A stretch of DNA of 45,384 bases. Origin: a virus. Lineage: Duplodnaviria; Caudoviricetes. A model generated the notes under the pieces. The model worked only from the letters and a program-made list of their open reading frames with translations, did not search any database and was not told where the DNA came from. The position numbers and the translations under genes were made by a program. The first letter of the stretch is position 1. Each line of letters starts with the position of its first letter. Shown piece after piece: positions 34,965-43,350 of this stretch. The stretch covers positions 1-45,384 of IMG/VR virus record IMGVR_UViG_3300022745_000005; one strand, given 5' to 3'.

Positions 34965-35240
34965 ATGGCACACAGTAAGTTACCGTGGGCGAGTTGGTTG
35001 ATTACCGCTCAGGATATTGCCGGTATTGATAGCGCCGATTGCGACGACGAAGGTATGCTGGAAGTGGCTCGCATTAGCGAGAACTCTAACCCCAACTTCG
35101 CGGATGACGCACACTTCATCGTCACGGCCTGCAACGCGCATGACGACCTTCTCGCCGCGTGCAAGGCGGCGCTGGAATTCGGACTATTGCCGGGAGTTGT
35201 TGACCAGCTCCGCGCGGCAATCGAAAAGGCGGGGGGATGA
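34965..35240 (+). CDS. Hypothetical phage protein (H...PW / A.FIV.A.N family)
   Basis: AAGGAG RBS; MAHSKLPW...DAHFIVTACNAHDDLLAAC...RAAIEKA. Confidence 0.7.
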   Translation: MAHSKLPWASWLITAQDIAGIDSADCDDEGMLEVARISENSNPNFADDAHFIVTACNAHDDLLAACKAALEFGLLPGVVDQLRAAIEKAGG

Positions 35241-35860
35241 GCGCTACGCTGATACTCGGGGATTGCCGTCATCAGCCCATAATCTGTGATGCCGTGATTA
35301 CAGATCCAGTATGGCCGAACTGCCCAGCCGATTTGTTGATAGGTCAGGAAAAACCCCAAGCTCTCCTTGCAGATGCTTTAGAAAATGTTATAGCCAAAAG
35401 GGTGGTTATTGTATTGCGCTTTGATAGCGATCCGCGTTTTTTACAAGCCGTTCCCCCTCGCTGGGGATTTTTCCGAGCTTGCATCTTGCCTTATGCGGTC
35501 CCAGGTTATATCGGCCGCAAGCTGGGAGGTATCGAGATTGCGTATTGTTTTGGAGATCCAGTTAACAGCGCTCCCGGTCGCCGTGTTATCCCCGGAATGG
35601 CCCCAAGTGTTACCAAACCAACGCCCATGAATGGACACACTACACCACGAGCAGCAAAACATTTCAGATGGCTTGTGAACTGGTTCAGCGAACCTGATGA
35701 AACTATATACGATCCTATGATGGGGAGCTGTACAACGGGAGAGGCAGCGATAATGTTGGGAAGAAATTTTATTGGTTATGAAATCAGCGAGGAATATTAT
35801 CGCATTGCCGAGCGCCGCATACGCCAGGCCGAGATGCAGGGCAGGCTGCCCGGGGTGTGA
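35237..35860 (+). CDS. DNA amino-methyltransferase (N6A/N4C, beta class) with variant catalytic motif
   Basis: LILGDC, DAVITDPVW (motif IV), H.TP, IYDPMMGSCTTG.AA...GR.FIGYEI. Confidence 0.85.
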   Translation: MSATLILGDCRHQPIICDAVITDPVWPNCPADLLIGQEKPQALLADALENVIAKRVVIVLRFDSDPRFLQAVPPRWGFFRACILPYAVPGYIGRKLGGIEIAYCFGDPVNSAPGRRVIPGMAPSVTKPTPMNGHTTPRAAKHFRWLVNWFSEPDETIYDPMMGSCTTGEAAIMLGRNFIGYEISEEYYRIAERRIRQAEMQGRLPGV

Positions 35861-35895
35861 TCCCGCCTATTGAATTGCGGAGGGGAAAGTTGCGA

Positions 35896-35924
35896 TTGAA
35901 TATGGAGGTGAAAAGTCGTACAAT
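35896..35924 (+). promoter_or_regulatory. Sigma70-type promoter TTGAAT-N17-TACAAT
   Basis: Near-consensus boxes with 17-bp spacer upstream of a structured leader. Confidence 0.7.
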
Positions 35925-35929
35925 ATGAG

Positions 35930-36068
35930 TAGATGCGTAACAGCATTTGCGGAAGCGGAGCCGCCCATAATGTGACGACATAAGCCCCTTTTGTCTCGGC
36001 TTGTGGTTGTTCCTCGTCACATAGGATACTCCGCAAGCCACAAGCTGAGACACAAGGGGTTTTATTTT
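35930..36068 (+). promoter_or_regulatory. Structured leader/attenuator (C4-like) upstream of the replication genes
   Basis: ~23-bp stem 35985-36007/36037-36059 plus T-tract; loop segments complementary to 35947-35953 and 35970-35978. Confidence 0.65.
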
Positions 36069-36470
36069 ATGGATACCCAGGTATTCGAGCATAAAAAATT
36101 ATGTGAGAGATGCAATGTTGAGGTACTGGCTCGTCTTGTGCGCACGATTGCACAGAATGGAGCCAATCAAGTTTATTGGTGGTGCATCTCAGGTAATCAT
36201 AAACTTGCTCGAACTGCTCATTTTATTCCCCACGACATTTTACGCCAGTACAACATCGAACCTAATCGATTACCGATTATGGAGAATTACAGCCATAATG
36301 AACCTTGTATTGTTTGTGGTAATCCAATGACAGAACTTCATCACTTTGCCCCTCGCTATTTATTTGAGGATGCGGATAAATGGCCGACCGCCTATCTATG
36401 TAAACCTCATCATAAGCAATGGCATGACCGGGTTACGCCGAATATGTGTGAGAACAAAAGGGAAAAATAA
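36069..36470 (+). CDS. Zn-binding HNH-like protein
   Basis: CERC...; CIVCG....ELHH...LCKPHH..WH. Confidence 0.65.
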   Translation: MDTQVFEHKKLCERCNVEVLARLVRTIAQNGANQVYWWCISGNHKLARTAHFIPHDILRQYNIEPNRLPIMENYSHNEPCIVCGNPMTELHHFAPRYLFEDADKWPTAYLCKPHHKQWHDRVTPNMCENKREK

Positions 36471-37342
36471 TGGACACACCGCAGGTAGACACATACCGTA
36501 TTGCAGTTTCACAATATATCTGTAAACAGAAAATACCGAATAATGATCCCTTCTGGCCGCGTTTCAATGCCAGCTTCGACAATTATTCCATGGGCGTCAG
36601 TCGCATTGTAGAAGCAATTTACCAGGGGCATCCCATCACCACGCAACACGCGAACCACTGGAGGGATAGTAAAAACTATATTTGCGGTCAACATCTGGGT
36701 CTGGATATGGACACAGAAGACGAGCGCAGCACCATCGATACGCTCATGAAAGATTTTTTCATAGGCCGGTACGCATCGTTTATTTATTCCACCATCAGCC
36801 ATACTGACGAGAAACCACGCAGCCGGGTCATCTTCATGCTTGATACCCCGATCATGCAAGCGAAAAACTACGCCATGGCCGCCAGCGCTTTACTTTGGTT
36901 GTTCGGCGCAGCAGATCGCCAGTGTAAGGACGCCGTAAGATTTTACTATGGCGCTCCTGGCTGCCGAGTGGAGATGATCAATAACATCTTGCCCTTGGAT
37001 GTTATCAAGCACCTGATTGAACAATACCAGGAAACGGGCGCTAAGGAACACAAGAAGCAGAGCAACTATCACGCGCCAGCCGATCAGGAGGAAGTAGCCG
37101 CAGCTCTCAAGTTTATTCCACCATGGCAGATCGATTATACCGAATGGGTTGAAATCCTCATGGCGCTACATGCCCAATTCGGGGATGGCGGTTATGCCCT
37201 GGCGGAAAGTTGGGGGGATGGCAAGGGAAACGAGATAGAAAAGAAATGGGCCAGCTTCAAAGCAGATGGCAATGTTACCGGTGCTGTGACCATCGCCACG
37301 GTATTCGGAATTGCCAAGCGGTTCGGGTGGAAAAAGGCTTGA
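36470..37342 (+). CDS. Primase-like protein (AEP-type N-terminus plus PriCT-2)
   Basis: LGLDMD, YSTISH...PR.RV; AALKFIP...DY.EW....MAL...KWASF...VTIAT....AK..GW. Confidence 0.8.
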   Translation: MDTPQVDTYRIAVSQYICKQKIPNNDPFWPRFNASFDNYSMGVSRIVEAIYQGHPITTQHANHWRDSKNYICGQHLGLDMDTEDERSTIDTLMKDFFIGRYASFIYSTISHTDEKPRSRVIFMLDTPIMQAKNYAMAASALLWLFGAADRQCKDAVRFYYGAPGCRVEMINNILPLDVIKHLIEQYQETGAKEHKKQSNYHAPADQEEVAAALKFIPPWQIDYTEWVEILMALHAQFGDGGYALAESWGDGKGNEIEKKWASFKADGNVTGAVTIATVFGIAKRFGWKKA

Positions 37343-37367
37343 CAATATATATATAAATAGCTATACT
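37339..37367 (+). promoter_or_regulatory. Near-consensus sigma70 promoter TTGACA-N17-TATACT
   Basis: Read directly; precedes the HTH gene. Confidence 0.85.
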
Positions 37368-37386
37368 GATATACAAGGAATAACAA

Positions 37387-37569
37387 ATGGATACATTTTA
37401 CACCCTCAAACAAGCGGCTAATATTTTAGGCGTTCATCGCCTTACCATTTCACGATGGGCAAAAGAAGGAAAGATAACCCTTATTTATCTCCCAGTCGGA
37501 AATCGTCCTAGAATTTCAAAATCTGAACTTGACCGCATCCTCACGCCTAAAAAGGATAAGGTGGACTGA
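37387..37569 (+). CDS. Excisionase-like HTH DNA-binding protein
   Basis: YTLKQAANILGVHRLTISRWAKEGKI......G.RPRI..SEL. Confidence 0.85.
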   Translation: MDTFYTLKQAANILGVHRLTISRWAKEGKITLIYLPVGNRPRISKSELDRILTPKKDKVD

Positions 37570-38138
37570 TGAACATCGATCCTAAAAAGGTACAACTATC
37601 AGAGAAAGACTTGGAGGATTGGTTATATGAGAATTCTTCAGCCTTTAATTATTATGGTATCAAACCAATAACCAAATGGGCAGCGCGTCAATTTAGTGTT
37701 CCTTCAGGGGTGATTGATTTATTAGGAATAAATGATGCAGGTCAATTTAGCGTAGTTGAAGTTAAAAACGTGGTTCTAACCTCATCTTGCTTGACGCAAG
37801 TTTGTAGATACGCACACGATATTTCTGAAATTTGTTTTAGATCGATTGATGGATGGCGGGAAGAAGAAATTTCTAAATATCTTGTCGGACCCTATATTCC
37901 TGACGTTGATTTTTTAGTTGAAGCAAATGCATTAAATGTTAATGCAATGCAAATGCAGATTACATTTTCAGCAAAGTTATCTAGGTGGGGTTTGAGCCAG
38001 GAGAAGAAAGAAAGGGACAACCAGGAGATAGAAGATATGTCCAGTCTACCTATTTTTCAAAATGCCAATATTTTGCGGCAAGCATGGATGGCTATTCACT
38101 TACCAGAAAATACTGATGAGGAAAACGAAAATGGCTAA
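37569..38138 (+). CDS. NucS/EndoMS-like PD-(D/E)xK endonuclease domain protein
   Basis: SEKDLEDWL, RQF....G.IDLLG......VVEVK......Q..RY. Confidence 0.8.
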   Translation: MNIDPKKVQLSEKDLEDWLYENSSAFNYYGIKPITKWAARQFSVPSGVIDLLGINDAGQFSVVEVKNVVLTSSCLTQVCRYAHDISEICFRSIDGWREEEISKYLVGPYIPDVDFLVEANALNVNAMQMQITFSAKLSRWGLSQEKKERDNQEIEDMSSLPIFQNANILRQAWMAIHLPENTDEENENG

Positions 38139-38943
38139 CCGCAGAATGATTGCTGGTGATTTATTTGAAGACGAATTTATTGGTAGCCTGAATTTCTTGG
38201 AGCGTCTATTATGGATTGGAATAATCACTACGGTCGCAGACGATCAGGGACGCATGATAGATAATCCGGCCCTTATTCGATCAAAGGTTTTTTTGTTTGA
38301 CAAGGTAATGGATTGTGATATCGAATCCACATTACGCAAAATCAATGCAGCCAACAAGATAGCCCGCTATGTAGTTGGAAATAAATCCCTGATCCAAATC
38401 GTGAACTGGTGGAAATATCAAACCCCTGCCTGGGCATCTCCTTCAAAATATCCGGCTCCTGAAGGTTGGACCGACCGCGCCAAATATCACGCCGCAGGAA
38501 ACAAGATCATTACCGTCAATTGGGACAAGATAGGCGGCTATGTAGCTAACTATGTAGCCCCACTACATAGCCCTATAGAGGATGGTGATGGTGATGGTGA
38601 TGTTAAAGGTGATGGTGAGGGTGAAGGCAAGATAGCCCCGCCCCTCGCCCCTTTCGATATTCTCCAATGCACTTTAGAACAGGAGGGCATCTTAGTAGTT
38701 CGGGCTAGCGATATACAAGTTGTTAGCGAAATGGTGGAGGCTGGTATAACGCAAGAAGACTTGGTAGCAGGTATTTCGTGGAAGAAAGACAACTCGGATG
38801 GAAAGCCTCTTTTCCCGTCATCCGTAATTGGGCCAGCTAAAACTGCAATGCGCATCAGGTTACAACAGCCTGCGCCAGCTAAGAAGATGGAGCGATACCA
38901 TGGGCCGGTTGTGTTACCCAATGGAGAGGTGGTACAGGTATGA
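38131..38943 (+). CDS. Phage replication initiator (replisome organiser)
   Basis: MANRRMI...F.D......ERLLWIG....ADDQGR...NW.KYQ; low-complexity linker; lies upstream of the helicase. Confidence 0.75.
   Translation: MANRRMIAGDLFEDEFIGSLNFLERLLWIGIITTVADDQGRMIDNPALIRSKVFLFDKVMDCDIESTLRKINAANKIARYVVGNKSLIQIVNWWKYQTPAWASPSKYPAPEGWTDRAKYHAAGNKIITVNWDKIGGYVANYVAPLHSPIEDGDGDGDVKGDGEGEGKIAPPLAPFDILQCTLEQEGILVVRASDIQVVSEMVEAGITQEDLVAGISWKKDNSDGKPLFPSSVIGPAKTAMRIRLQQPAPAKKMERYHGPVVLPNGEVVQV
38536..38625. repeat. Iteron-like repeats, candidate replication origin inside the initiator gene
   Basis: CTATGTAGC twice, inverted CTACATAGCC, then GATGGT tandem repeats. Confidence 0.5.
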
Positions 38944-39995
38944 ATCCCGAAGTTGCACAGTATGAAGCCATGGCGAAAGAGTTGTTACGCCGCTGCATGG
39001 CTGAGGAAGAACCCGAAGACCTGCGCCGGTGGCTAACCGAAACCCTGGCCCGTCTTGGTGGTGGAGATGTAAACGCGATCATGACATGGCCGCAATCATT
39101 TGAATTTACAGAGCGCATGATCGAGGAATATGAGCGTGTGGCCCATCTTCCCGAAGCCGAACGCAAGGTACTTACCTGGCCGTGGTCGTCGTGGTCATCC
39201 CTCATTGACCCGCTGGAGGATGGTATGTTAGGGGTTATCACGGCCCCGGATGGGCAGGGGAAAACGATCTACGCTGAAACCATAGCAGAGCACTGGGCGA
39301 AACATCGTAACCGCGTGGTATTTGTGCATTACGAATTGAACCGCAAGTTGATGATGATACGCCGCACCTCTCGCCATGCGTTAGTTTTGTCCCGCAACAT
39401 CAAAAATGGAATGTTATCGTATGACGAGAAACAGAAGATCAAAGCGGTTCGCCCGATGTTGGAATCCTGGGATGGGTATATCTCTTACGTCCATACTCCC
39501 GGCTGGACCATGGAGCGCACAGTAGCTGAATTGACCCGACTGACCGCCGAGAAAGAATGTGACGTTGTGGTACTAGACTATCTTGAAAAGGCCGCAGCTT
39601 CCACCCGCCAGCTAAAAATGTATGGATCAAACCCATGGCAGCGGGAGGCCGATAACGTGGAACAGCTCAAGAACTTTGCTGAAAGCACTGGCGTTCCCGT
39701 CCTGATGGTCGCGCAAATGAGCAAGGAAGCGAAAACCGGATCATTTGATAAGGTGGATCGTTCGGGTATGCGTGGAGCAGGGGAGAAAAGCGATAAGGCT
39801 AATCTTGTCGTTCTCCTGCGCCGAGACAGGGATGATGACGGATATTCGCCGACCGTTCATGTCATGGTTGATAAAAATACCATGGGTGCAACCGGATCAT
39901 TCAATCAGATCATGCGCCCTGAGTATTACCAAGTGGGAGACATTCCCACAATTGCAGATAAAGCCCAGGCCCCGCGCCAGGGGAGGGGGGTATGA
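38940..39995 (+). CDS. DnaB-like (SF4) replicative helicase
   Basis: Walker A APDGQGKT, VHYE, VVVLDYL, VAQM, GAGE....A.LV.LL.R and DKN..G.TG. Confidence 0.88.
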   Translation: MNPEVAQYEAMAKELLRRCMAEEEPEDLRRWLTETLARLGGGDVNAIMTWPQSFEFTERMIEEYERVAHLPEAERKVLTWPWSSWSSLIDPLEDGMLGVITAPDGQGKTIYAETIAEHWAKHRNRVVFVHYELNRKLMMIRRTSRHALVLSRNIKNGMLSYDEKQKIKAVRPMLESWDGYISYVHTPGWTMERTVAELTRLTAEKECDVVVLDYLEKAAASTRQLKMYGSNPWQREADNVEQLKNFAESTGVPVLMVAQMSKEAKTGSFDKVDRSGMRGAGEKSDKANLVVLLRRDRDDDGYSPTVHVMVDKNTMGATGSFNQIMRPEYYQVGDIPTIADKAQAPRQGRGV

Positions 39996-40399
39996 ACCTA
40001 AAACTTGCCAAACGCATTTATAAGCTCTTGGGGGATGGGGATGGAGGCGGGGATATGTATGCCCCTCCCGGTAGCGATCAACGCCTAGAACTGTTTTACG
40101 AATCAGGCGAGAGTATGTTTATCGCCGCTACATATCCCAATGATGGACATGAATTTTGGATGGGCACTCGAAACAAATGGTGGGGATTTCTCAGGCGTTC
40201 AGAGGCCCTGAAATTAGCGTGGTTCATCATTTGGAATTGGTGGATTGTAGGGACATGGTGCGGGGTCAAGCGCTGGATTTGGTATAAGGCCCTAAGCGCA
40301 ATTGTGAAAAGTTATAAATCAATTGGTCCGATTGAACCGCCTACGGATTACGGACCCGAGGCCGGAAGTGTCACGCGCCAGGGGAGGGGGGAGAGATGA
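39992..40399 (+). CDS. Trp-rich hypothetical protein
   Basis: ATGA coupling and G-rich RBS. Confidence 0.55.
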   Translation: MNLKLAKRIYKLLGDGDGGGDMYAPPGSDQRLELFYESGESMFIAATYPNDGHEFWMGTRNKWWGFLRRSEALKLAWFIIWNWWIVGTWCGVKRWIWYKALSAIVKSYKSIGPIEPPTDYGPEAGSVTRQGRGER

Positions 40400-40770
40400 G
40401 ACGCCACAGCACGAACGGTTATACCACCGACTGGCCCGAAGTTGCACAGCGCGTGAAAGATGAGGCGGGCTGGAAATGTGTTCGGTGTGGTCATGTCCAT
40501 GAGCGGGAAACCGGTCATGTTTTGACTGTTCACCACCTAGATATCAATCCCGACAATAACGCCTGGTGGAATACCGCCGCACTTTGCCAGCGCTGTCATT
40601 TGCACATTCAGAGCAAGGTGGTTATCGAGCGCCTCTGGATGTTGGAACATAGCGAGTGGTTTAAGCCCTATGTAGCGGGGTATTATGCACACAGATTAGG
40701 TATGGATGAGAGCCGAGAGTATGTCATGGCGCATCTTGAAGAATTGATTACAACGAGGGGGGAGAGATGA
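40396..40770 (+). CDS. HNH endonuclease
   Basis: Y..DW...CVRCG...LTVHHLD.NP.NN...N..ALCQRCH. Confidence 0.88.
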   Translation: MRRHSTNGYTTDWPEVAQRVKDEAGWKCVRCGHVHERETGHVLTVHHLDINPDNNAWWNTAALCQRCHLHIQSKVVIERLWMLEHSEWFKPYVAGYYAHRLGMDESREYVMAHLEELITTRGER

Positions 40771-41111
40771 GCGAAAGAATAGACTTATCCCGAAAGGCTT
40801 ATAAGATTTCCACCAAAGCGCATAACGAGGGCGGCTATTGCATTGTAAGCGCCAGATCGGCAGGCGAAGCTAAATCTATGATCATAAGCGATATGCAAGA
40901 TGCTTATGATAAACCAACTTATTCATGGATTATCTCATGCCGCCGCGCCCCTGAGTATGACGATTTGGCGCATCAGTGGAAGGGCTGTATCGCCTGGCAT
41001 GATTACGGCGAGAACTGGGAGCAAGATCGCGGGAGCTGGCGAGATTATGAAAAACGACCTATGACCTTCAATGAGCGCATCTTGAAACAGGAAGCGGAGG
41101 TATGGCCGTGA
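40767..41111 (+). CDS. Hypothetical protein
   Basis: V.A.SAGEAKS...RRAPEYD; ATGA coupling. Confidence 0.65.
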   Translation: MSERIDLSRKAYKISTKAHNEGGYCIVSARSAGEAKSMIISDMQDAYDKPTYSWIISCRRAPEYDDLAHQWKGCIAWHDYGENWEQDRGSWRDYEKRPMTFNERILKQEAEVWP

Positions 41112-41461
41112 GCGAACACTTTCACGCCCGCCGAGTAACCATCGATGGTTACAAATTCGATAGTCTGTCCGAAGCTCGCCGCTATGGGGAATTGAAGCTC
41201 CTGCAGCTGGCCGGAGAGATTAGCGCCCTGGAAGTCCACCCCCGCGTGTACCTCCTTCCTGCATACAACGAGTATAAGCGCTGGGATATGACGCTGGACT
41301 TCGGATACATCGAAAAGAATATCCAGGTCTACGAGGATGTAAAGCCCTGGAAGAATGTCAAGGGTGAACGAAAACCCTATCTAACCCGTGAGTTTCAAGT
41401 CAAGTGGCGCGTATTGCGCTACATGCACACTACCTGTGATTTTCGCATCGTGGAGGGATAA
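41102..41461 (+). CDS. DUF1064-family PD-(D/E)xK nuclease (resolvase-like)
   Basis: DGYKFDS..EARRY.ELKLL..AGEI..LE..P...DF.Y......EDVK. Confidence 0.88.
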   Translation: MAVSEHFHARRVTIDGYKFDSLSEARRYGELKLLQLAGEISALEVHPRVYLLPAYNEYKRWDMTLDFGYIEKNIQVYEDVKPWKNVKGERKPYLTREFQVKWRVLRYMHTTCDFRIVEG

Positions 41462-41465
41462 CCAT

Positions 41466-41585
41466 ATGAAAACCTTTGACCGTATCTTTTTGACCGGCCT
41501 GTTTTTGATCCTGGCCGGCGGCTGCATTGGGCTGGCAATCGTTGGTTTCGTCGTGGGGCTGTCCTGTATGACGAGGGCTTGCTAA
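41466..41585 (+). CDS. Small membrane peptide (39 aa)
   Basis: GGAGG RBS; hydrophobic core. Confidence 0.5.
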   Translation: MKTFDRIFLTGLFLILAGGCIGLAIVGFVVGLSCMTRAC

Positions 41586-42376
41586 TGCGCCATATCGTGA
41601 GTTATTCCACCGGTCTTTCTTCAAGTCTCGCCGCCGTTCGTGTCGCTGAGCGATACGGCGCAGATCATACGCTCCTTGTATTCATGGATACCCATTTCGA
41701 GGATGAAGATAATTATCGTTTCATGCGTGAGTTTGTTTATAAAACTGGACTGGAAATACTCTATCTATCCGAGGGCCGGACACCCTATCAGGTATCACAT
41801 GCTGAGCATGTGATACCTAATTCCCGAGTTGCACCCTGCACCCACCGGCTTAAAATTGAGCCTTTCCGTGCCTGGTTGAAAACGCAATCCGAACTTATCA
41901 CAATTCACATCGGCTATGATTTTTCGGAAATGCACCGATGTGAACCAACCCGAAAAAACTATGAAAGTTTGGGCTATGCAGTTGATTTCCCCCTCTTGTG
42001 GAAACCCTACGAATTCCGCAGCTATGAAATAATCTCTCGCGAGGATTGGGGCATTGAACCGCCGCGCATGTATAAACTTGGGTATACACATGCCAATTGT
42101 GGCGGTCGTTGCGTCAAACAGGGACACGGTGACTGGCTGCGAACCCTAGTCAACTTTCCCGAACGATATGCGGAGATTGAGCGATGGGAGCGGGAAATGC
42201 GGCTAAATCCAGTAAATGCTGATTATGCTATCCTAAAACGCCAAACCAAAGAGGGAGTGACTGCGTTGACTTTGGAAGAATTACGTCTTGAATATGAGAG
42301 AAACGATATTGGAAAAATGAGCCTTTTTGATATGGATGAAAAATCGTCCTGTGTCGTTTGCGGGATTGGCGGTTAG
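41585..42376 (+). CDS. PAPS-reductase-like / PP-loop family protein with Cys cluster
   Basis: IVSYSTGLSS, FMDT..ED.D.YRF, C...LK, IG.D..E..R, PRMY.LGY.HANCGG.CVK. Confidence 0.75.
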   Translation: MRHIVSYSTGLSSSLAAVRVAERYGADHTLLVFMDTHFEDEDNYRFMREFVYKTGLEILYLSEGRTPYQVSHAEHVIPNSRVAPCTHRLKIEPFRAWLKTQSELITIHIGYDFSEMHRCEPTRKNYESLGYAVDFPLLWKPYEFRSYEIISREDWGIEPPRMYKLGYTHANCGGRCVKQGHGDWLRTLVNFPERYAEIERWEREMRLNPVNADYAILKRQTKEGVTALTLEELRLEYERNDIGKMSLFDMDEKSSCVVCGIGG

Positions 42377-42457
42377 TCAATCTCATGCCTATTCAAGTCA
42401 ATCCTATGCTACTTTGCATAATTTGAACGAGATAATATTGATGTGAGTGGAGGGAGT

Positions 42458-42577
42458 ATGAAACATTTTCATTTGACCGAAGATGATCTTTGGCAATGTG
42501 TCGCACTTGTGGCGATGTTGGTTGGGGTGATCTGGTCGTGTGGGACCGCATCGATTGGGAGCGAATCGCGGAGGTGA
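42458..42577 (+). CDS. Small membrane peptide (39 aa), absent from the ORF track
   Basis: GGAGGGAG RBS; MKHFHLTEDDLWQCVALVAMLVGVIWSCG... Confidence 0.45.
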   Translation: MKHFHLTEDDLWQCVALVAMLVGVIWSCGTASIGSESRR

Positions 42578-42581
42578 TGAG

Positions 42582-42944
42582 ATGACAGACGAGATGAAAC
42601 CATGTCCGTTTTGTGAAAACAAAATAATTCTCACTCGCACCGGAGAGGGGCATACGTGTAATCGTTGCGGTTCTGTTGGTTATTGGGACTGGAACACCCG
42701 CCCTATCGAGGACCGCCTGACCCTCGCCCTTTCCGCCGCCGAAGCGGAGCGGGACGCGGCCTCTGCTAACCTCGCCGCTGCCAATACCGAGATCGTCGAT
42801 TTGTACAATGCGCTCCACGACATTGTTGCAGAAACCCTGGCCCACGACAACACGCCTTATATCGCCCTAGCAAAAATCGTGAGGCTCGCGAGTGACGCGC
42901 TGGGAGTTGATCCTGTTTGGGGAGGCGCAGCAAAAGATGAGTGA
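42582..42944 (+). CDS. Lar-family (restriction alleviation) Zn-finger fused to the shared coiled-coil module
   Basis: MKPCPFC...CNRC......WNTR; GGAGG RBS. Confidence 0.7.
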   Translation: MTDEMKPCPFCENKIILTRTGEGHTCNRCGSVGYWDWNTRPIEDRLTLALSAAEAERDAASANLAAANTEIVDLYNALHDIVAETLAHDNTPYIALAKIVRLASDALGVDPVWGGAAKDE

Positions 42945-43137
42945 CACGTGGAAAATCAAGAACTGGATCACAGGCGAGGAAGTTGAATTGCCAAAAAGCG
43001 ATTACAACGAACCTACAAAAGAATGGATCGAGGGTTGGAACGCTGCAATGCAGGGCGATGTTTGCAATCCGTATTCCTCGCCAGATCCCGAATGGCATGA
43101 ATGGAATGATGGTTGGTGGAGCGCAATGGAGGATTGA
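42765..43137 (+). repeat. Diverged 373-bp duplicated module, copy B
   Basis: Colinear with 781..1153. Confidence 0.9.
42937..43137 (+). CDS. Rmf/CrpP-fold-like small protein, copy B (66 aa)
   Basis: 62 of 66 residues identical to 953..1153. Confidence 0.6.
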   Translation: MSDTWKIKNWITGEEVELPKSDYNEPTKEWIEGWNAAMQGDVCNPYSSPDPEWHEWNDGWWSAMED

Positions 43138-43350
43138 ATGACTAGCAACATTCTCGCACGCCAATTGCGCCGCGCCAAACTTGAGGGCCGCGTATGCTCT
43201 CGTTGTGGTTGGCTGATCTCCATCAAGAACTGGAAGAAGGGCTATCGCCTTTGCCCTGGATGCTACGACGCATTGAAAGGCGTAAACGTATCCAAAGGAC
43301 ACAGACCGTATCGGGATGAGGCAGTAGACAAAACAGGAAACATGATATGA
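43138..43350 (+). CDS. Basic Zn-finger hypothetical protein
   Basis: CSRC...CPGC; GGAGG RBS. Confidence 0.65.
   Translation: MTSNILARQLRRAKLEGRVCSRCGWLISIKNWKKGYRLCPGCYDALKGVNVSKGHRPYRDEAVDKTGNMI

Noticed and set aside
37387-37569. Excisionase implying a prophage integration module
   Set aside because: No integrase or att site was found; the HTH is more likely a regulator
38113-38130. Second hammerhead-like string CTGATGAG-GAAAA-CGAAA
   Set aside because: Stem II is 1 bp, no correctly placed NUH triplet, and it lies in coding sequence and RBS
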